DNA of 64,000 nucleotides from Escherichia coli 042 (GTDB lineage Bacteria; Pseudomonadota; Gammaproteobacteria; Enterobacterales; Enterobacteriaceae): NCBI RefSeq assembly GCF_000027125.1, contig NC_017626.1; one strand, 5' to 3'. Shown piece by piece: positions 59,682 to 64,000 of this stretch (position 1 is its first letter; each line of letters starts with the position of its first letter). The notes under the pieces were generated by a model. It saw only the letters and a program-made list of their open reading frames with translations, ran no database searches and was not told where the DNA came from. The position numbers and the translations under genes were made by a program.

Positions 59682-61880
59682 TTAAACCACATCCGGCAGC
59701 TTATCGAGCAGCTTATCCAGAGTGATGGGATAATCCCGTACCCGAATACCGGTGGCGTTATACACCGCGTTGGCGATAGCCGCGCTCACGCCGCACAGGC
59801 CCAGCTCACCGACACCTTTGGCCTTCATCGGGGAGGAGATGGGGTCGGTATCATCCAGGAAAATCACCTCCTGTTTTGGGATATCCGCATGAACCGGCAC
59901 CTCATACCCCGCCATATCGTGATTAACGAAGTAGCCCAAACGGTCATCTACCGCCAGCTCCTCCATCAGTGCCGCGCCCATGCCCATAGTCATCGCGCCA
60001 ATGACCTGGCTGCGTGCAGTTTTCGGATTCAGGATGCGTCCTGCAGCACACACAGCGAGCATACGCCGGACCCGAACTTCTCCCGTCGCGCTATGCACGC
60101 CGACCTCCACAAAATGCCCGGCAAAGGTCGACTGCTGGTACTCCTTGCTCAGTGTTCCGAATTCAATGCTCTCTTCCGCTGTCAGTCTGCCGCCTGCGGT
60201 GGCCCCATGTAGCATGGCGCTTCGGGTACCGTTGGTAATCTTACCGTCGGCAAACTGCGACTGCTCAGGATCAAACCCGACTGCCGAGGCAATCATTTCG
60301 CGAAGCTTCACACAGGCGGCGTAAACGCCGGAGGTGGAGGTATTCGCGCCCCATTGTCCACCAGAACCCGCAGAAACCGGGAAACTGGAATCGCCGAGGT
60401 GAACCGCAACCTGCTCCAGCGGTACGCCAAGCATTTCCGCTGCCGTCTGGGCCAGAATGGTGTAGCTGCCAGTGCCAATATCGGTCATGTCCGTTTCCAC
60501 GGTAACGGTGCCGTTTTGCTCCAGGTGAACCCGCGCACCCGATTTTTCCAGCAGATTATTGCGAAAGCCCGCCGCAACACCGTGGCCGACTAGCCACTCC
60601 CCGTCGCGTACCTGTCCGGGTGTGGCGTTGCGCTGCTTCCAGCCAAATTTATCCGCTCCGGTGCGCAAGCACTCGATAAGCTGACGGCGAGAGAAGCGGC
60701 GCGTCGGGTCGGCGGGGTCAACCTGAGTGTCATTCAGGATGCGAAACTCGACGGGATCGATGCCCGCTTTTTCCGCCAGTTCGTCGATCGCGATTTCGAG
60801 CGCCATCAGACCGGGGGCTTCGCCGGGCGCACGCATGGCGTTCCCTTCCGGCAAATCAAGCGTGGCGAGCCGCAGGCCTGTATGACGGTTTGCCCCTGCG
60901 TAGAGTAATTCGCTTTGCTGTACCGCCGTTTCCGGCGTGCCACCGGGCAGGTTTCCGGACCAGCTTTCATGTGAGATAGCGGTGATTTTCCCGCTCTGGT
61001 CAGTACCGATACGCAAGTGCTGAAGGGTGGCGGGGCGGTGCGTGGTGTTATTGGGAATAGTGGGGCGGGGGAGCATCACTTTAACCGGACGTTTCACCGC
61101 ACGGGCGGCGAGGGCCGCCAGCAGCGCATCGCTTCTCAGGAACAGCTTGCCGCCAAACCCTCCGCCGATATACGGGGAGATAATACGCACATTCTCCACG
61201 GGCACTTTCAGCGTTTTTGCCAGATCGGTGCGGCACCAGTCAATCATCTGATTTGAGGTCCAGAGGGTAAGCTTATTCCCATCCCAGACGGCCATCGAGG
61301 CATGCGGCTCCATCGCCATATGGCTCTGGTCCGGGGTCGTGTAGGTAGCACCAATCTTTACCGCAGCGGAGGTGAAAGCCCCGTCAAAGTCACCAACGTT
61401 TTTATCGGGCGTGTCTTCCGGCGGCTGACTGACGGCCTGTTTTTCGTCCGCCAGGGAGTAAGCTCCTTTATTACGGCGATAGTGCGCCTGCACCAGCGAG
61501 GCCGCCGCTCGCGCCTGTTCGAAGGTCTCAGCCACTACCAGCGCAATGGCCTGATGATAGTGCTCAATAGTGGGGCCGCCTAACAGGCTGGCGGTGTTTT
61601 TGTCGCCTTTGCCGAGTGCCCCGGCGTTACTGGCGGTAATGACAGCCAGTACGCCCGGCGCTTTTTGCGCGGCGTCCGTATCGAGGGCGGTGAGGCGTCC
61701 TTTGGCAATGGCGGAACCGACGATATAGCCATAGGCGGCGTTGGGAGCTTCTTCATACCATTCGTAGGCGTAGCGTGCCGTGCCGGTAGTTTTCAGCGGT
61801 CCGTCGATGCGGTCATGGGGACGACCGACAACCTTCAGCTGATCGATCGGGTTTTCCCCTGCGGGTTTATCAAATTTCAT
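59682..61880 (-). CDS. paoC: Aldehyde oxidoreductase molybdopterin-binding subunit
   Basis: 732-aa xanthine-dehydrogenase-family large subunit. Confidence 0.9.
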   Translation of the reverse strand: MKFDKPAGENPIDQLKVVGRPHDRIDGPLKTTGTARYAYEWYEEAPNAAYGYIVGSAIAKGRLTALDTDAAQKAPGVLAVITASNAGALGKGDKNTASLLGGPTIEHYHQAIALVVAETFEQARAAASLVQAHYRRNKGAYSLADEKQAVSQPPEDTPDKNVGDFDGAFTSAAVKIGATYTTPDQSHMAMEPHASMAVWDGNKLTLWTSNQMIDWCRTDLAKTLKVPVENVRIISPYIGGGFGGKLFLRSDALLAALAARAVKRPVKVMLPRPTIPNNTTHRPATLQHLRIGTDQSGKITAISHESWSGNLPGGTPETAVQQSELLYAGANRHTGLRLATLDLPEGNAMRAPGEAPGLMALEIAIDELAEKAGIDPVEFRILNDTQVDPADPTRRFSRRQLIECLRTGADKFGWKQRNATPGQVRDGEWLVGHGVAAGFRNNLLEKSGARVHLEQNGTVTVETDMTDIGTGSYTILAQTAAEMLGVPLEQVAVHLGDSSFPVSAGSGGQWGANTSTSGVYAACVKLREMIASAVGFDPEQSQFADGKITNGTRSAMLHGATAGGRLTAEESIEFGTLSKEYQQSTFAGHFVEVGVHSATGEVRVRRMLAVCAAGRILNPKTARSQVIGAMTMGMGAALMEELAVDDRLGYFVNHDMAGYEVPVHADIPKQEVIFLDDTDPISSPMKAKGVGELGLCGVSAAIANAVYNATGIRVRDYPITLDKLLDKLPDVV

Positions 61881-62833
61881 GCCTGTGCCCTCGCTTCAGC
61901 CAGTACGGAGGCAAGCGTTCGCTTCGCCAACAGGAGTTTAAAGGTGTTTTCAGCGGTGGGATGGGCGCTGGCGAACAGCGCGTCATATACGGCCTGCGCC
62001 CCCTGGGATAGCTGAGCATCCGCAGCCTCAATGCGCCAGGGCTTATGTGCTACTCCGCCCAGCGCGACGCGCCCGCTGCCGTCAGGCTGAATAATCGCTG
62101 CGACCGATACCAGGGCAAAGGCGTAGGAGGCGCGATCGCGCACCTTACGGTAAATATGTTTTCCGCCGAGCGGCGGAGGTAACGTCACCGCAACGATAAG
62201 CTCACCGGGAAGCAGGTCGGTTTCAATGTGCGGCGTTTTTCCCGGAGGGTGATAAAAATCAGCCAGTGTGATACTGCGAGTCTTTCCCTCCGGCGTGATG
62301 GTTTCCACCACCGCATCCAGCAACCGCATTGCGACCGCCATATCGCTCGGATGGGTGGCAATGCAGGCTTCGCTTACGCCTACCACCGCGTGCTGACGGC
62401 TAAAGCCTTCAAGTGCCGCGCAGCCGCTCCCGGGCAGGCGCTTATTGCAGGGCTGATTGGTGTCGTAAAAATAGGGGCAGCGCGTGCGCTGGAGCAGATT
62501 ACCTGCGGTGGTTGCCTGATTACGTAACTGACCAGACGCGCCAGCGAGCAGGGCGCGGGAGAGTACCGCGTAATCACGACGCACGCGCTCGTGAGCTGCC
62601 AGGTCGGTGTTCCGTACCAGTGCGCCGATGCGCAGCCCACCCGCGTCGGTTACTTCAATCTTATCGAGCCCGAGCCCGTTCACATCGATAAGGTGGGTTG
62701 GCGTTTCAATTTCCAGCTTCATCAGGTCCAGCAGATTGGTCCCGCCAGCGATAAATTTTGCGCCAGGTACGCGCTGAGCGCTAAGTGCCGCCTCGGCCGG
62801 GGTGTTCACACGTTCATAGGTAAACGCCTTCAT
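61877..62833 (-). CDS. paoB: Aldehyde oxidoreductase FAD-binding subunit
   Basis: 318-aa CO-dehydrogenase medium-subunit-type protein ([13 protein letters not shown]). Confidence 0.9.
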   Translation of the reverse strand: MKAFTYERVNTPAEAALSAQRVPGAKFIAGGTNLLDLMKLEIETPTHLIDVNGLGLDKIEVTDAGGLRIGALVRNTDLAAHERVRRDYAVLSRALLAGASGQLRNQATTAGNLLQRTRCPYFYDTNQPCNKRLPGSGCAALEGFSRQHAVVGVSEACIATHPSDMAVAMRLLDAVVETITPEGKTRSITLADFYHPPGKTPHIETDLLPGELIVAVTLPPPLGGKHIYRKVRDRASYAFALVSVAAIIQPDGSGRVALGGVAHKPWRIEAADAQLSQGAQAVYDALFASAHPTAENTFKLLLAKRTLASVLAEARAQA

Positions 62834-63519
62834 GATTTTATCTCCCCCGCAGCGTCTTCAATGGCGGCAAGGATGTTAGCGTATGCACCACAGCGACAGA
62901 TGTTGCCGCTCATACGTTCACGGATCTCATCGGCAGTTCTTTCTGGAGGGGAAACCAAATCGACCGTGACGTGACTGGGAATGCCGTCCTGAATCTCTTT
63001 TAGCACCGCTACTGATGAGCAAATTTGCCCGGAGGTGCAGTAGCCGCACTGGAAGCCATCATGCTTGATAAAGGCCGCCTGCATGGGGTGAAGATTCTCT
63101 GGTGAACCCAGGCCTTCAATGGTGGTGATCTCGGCCCCCTGATGCATGACTGCAAGCGTCAGGCAGGCATTAAGCCTGCGACCATTGACCAGCACGGTAC
63201 AGGCTCCGCACTGTCCGTGATCGCAACCTTTCTTGGTACCGAACAGATGCAGATTTTCACGCAAAGCGTCCAGTAGCGTGGTTCGGGTATCAACGTCCAA
63301 CTGCTCGGTTTTGCCGTTCACCTTAAGTGTCAGGGGCATTATCTCTGGCGCGGGTGTAGCTGCCGGAACGCTTGCTGCAAGCGTAGAATGAGGATAAACC
63401 ACGGCGGTCGCCGCCGTTGCGGCGCTGACTTTAATCAGATCGCGACGGGTCAAACTAAAATCGTGCGGCTCGTGCTTCCCAACCCGATTATCTTCGGGGT
63501 ATTCGCCTTGGTTGCTCAT
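62830..63519 (-). CDS. paoA: Aldehyde oxidoreductase 2Fe-2S subunit with Tat signal
   Basis: Twin-arginine motif [17 protein letters not shown] and two Cys clusters ([13 protein letters not shown]...C). Confidence 0.9.
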   Translation of the reverse strand: MSNQGEYPEDNRVGKHEPHDFSLTRRDLIKVSAATAATAVVYPHSTLAASVPAATPAPEIMPLTLKVNGKTEQLDVDTRTTLLDALRENLHLFGTKKGCDHGQCGACTVLVNGRRLNACLTLAVMHQGAEITTIEGLGSPENLHPMQAAFIKHDGFQCGYCTSGQICSSVAVLKEIQDGIPSHVTVDLVSPPERTADEIRERMSGNICRCGAYANILAAIEDAAGEIKS

Positions 63520-63925
63520 ACCAGGCCTCCGGTATTCTAAAGGGGAAAATAAGAGAGCGTTGCGAGAGTGCTGATGCTTTTTTAAATGTTAAGCATAGTC
63601 GGTGAGAGCAGGAGGATTATTCTTAAAACGCGAATGCAGCTATGAGCCCGGCTAATTAATTCATATTCGCCGATGACGGGAGCTCGTTTATTGCTTTAGT
63701 TGTGCGATGCAAAAAACGATAAGGAAACCTGTGATTGTCAGCTCTGCATCACCCTACAAATCTTTGTCACTTCTAACATAAAAATAGGGAGAAATGATGG
63801 TGCTTATATTCATTGGCGATTAAGAAACTATTTTGTTATACAAAACAATACAGTTCTTTACATTTGTCTTGTTTTATGAATACTCCTGAAGAGGTGTATA
63901 ACATAATGGTACAAGCAGGGTAGAT

Positions 63926-64000
63926 ATGAATATATTTGAACAAACTCCACCGAACCGCAGACGTTATGGTCTTGCTGCATTCATTGGGCTGATTGCTGGC
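63926..64000 (+). CDS. yagU: Inner-membrane protein YagU, 5' end only
   Basis: [28 protein letters not shown] runs off the window end. Confidence 0.75.

Overview
This 64-kb window reads as an Escherichia coli-type chromosome segment; all calls are from reading the sequence and ORF track, with no database search run. Positions 1-35160 hold a near-complete lateral (Flag-2-type) flagellar cluster: lfiRQPNM, lafK, lfiEFGHIJ, a glycan-modification variable region, lfgNMA, lfgBCDEFGHIJKL, lafW, a HigB/HigA-like toxin-antitoxin pair, lafZ, lafABCDEF, lafS and lafTU. Its rod gene lfgC is split by a frameshift in a GCGCGC run, so the system is probably inactive as sequenced. Two sigma-54 promoters (upstream of lfgB and lafB) are readable, consistent with the sigma-54 activator LafK, which here lacks a receiver domain. 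Downstream come core genes: dinB with its LexA box, yafN, yafO (interrupted by an in-frame TAG), yafP, an intact rtcB-like/prfH pair, pepD, gpt, frsA, crl, phoE, proBA and tRNA-Thr (thrW). The best candidate for an unusual system is the island next to thrW (48.2-55.0 kb): a short integrase remnant, an unknown 156-aa gene, a REP-like structured intergenic region, a 1069-aa reverse transcriptase-nitrilase fusion (DRT type 1-like) and an AbiEi/AbiEii pair. The window ends with a LysR regulator, a hydrolase, an MFS transporter, paoABCD and the start of yagU. No CRISPR array, rRNA or intact IS element was seen.
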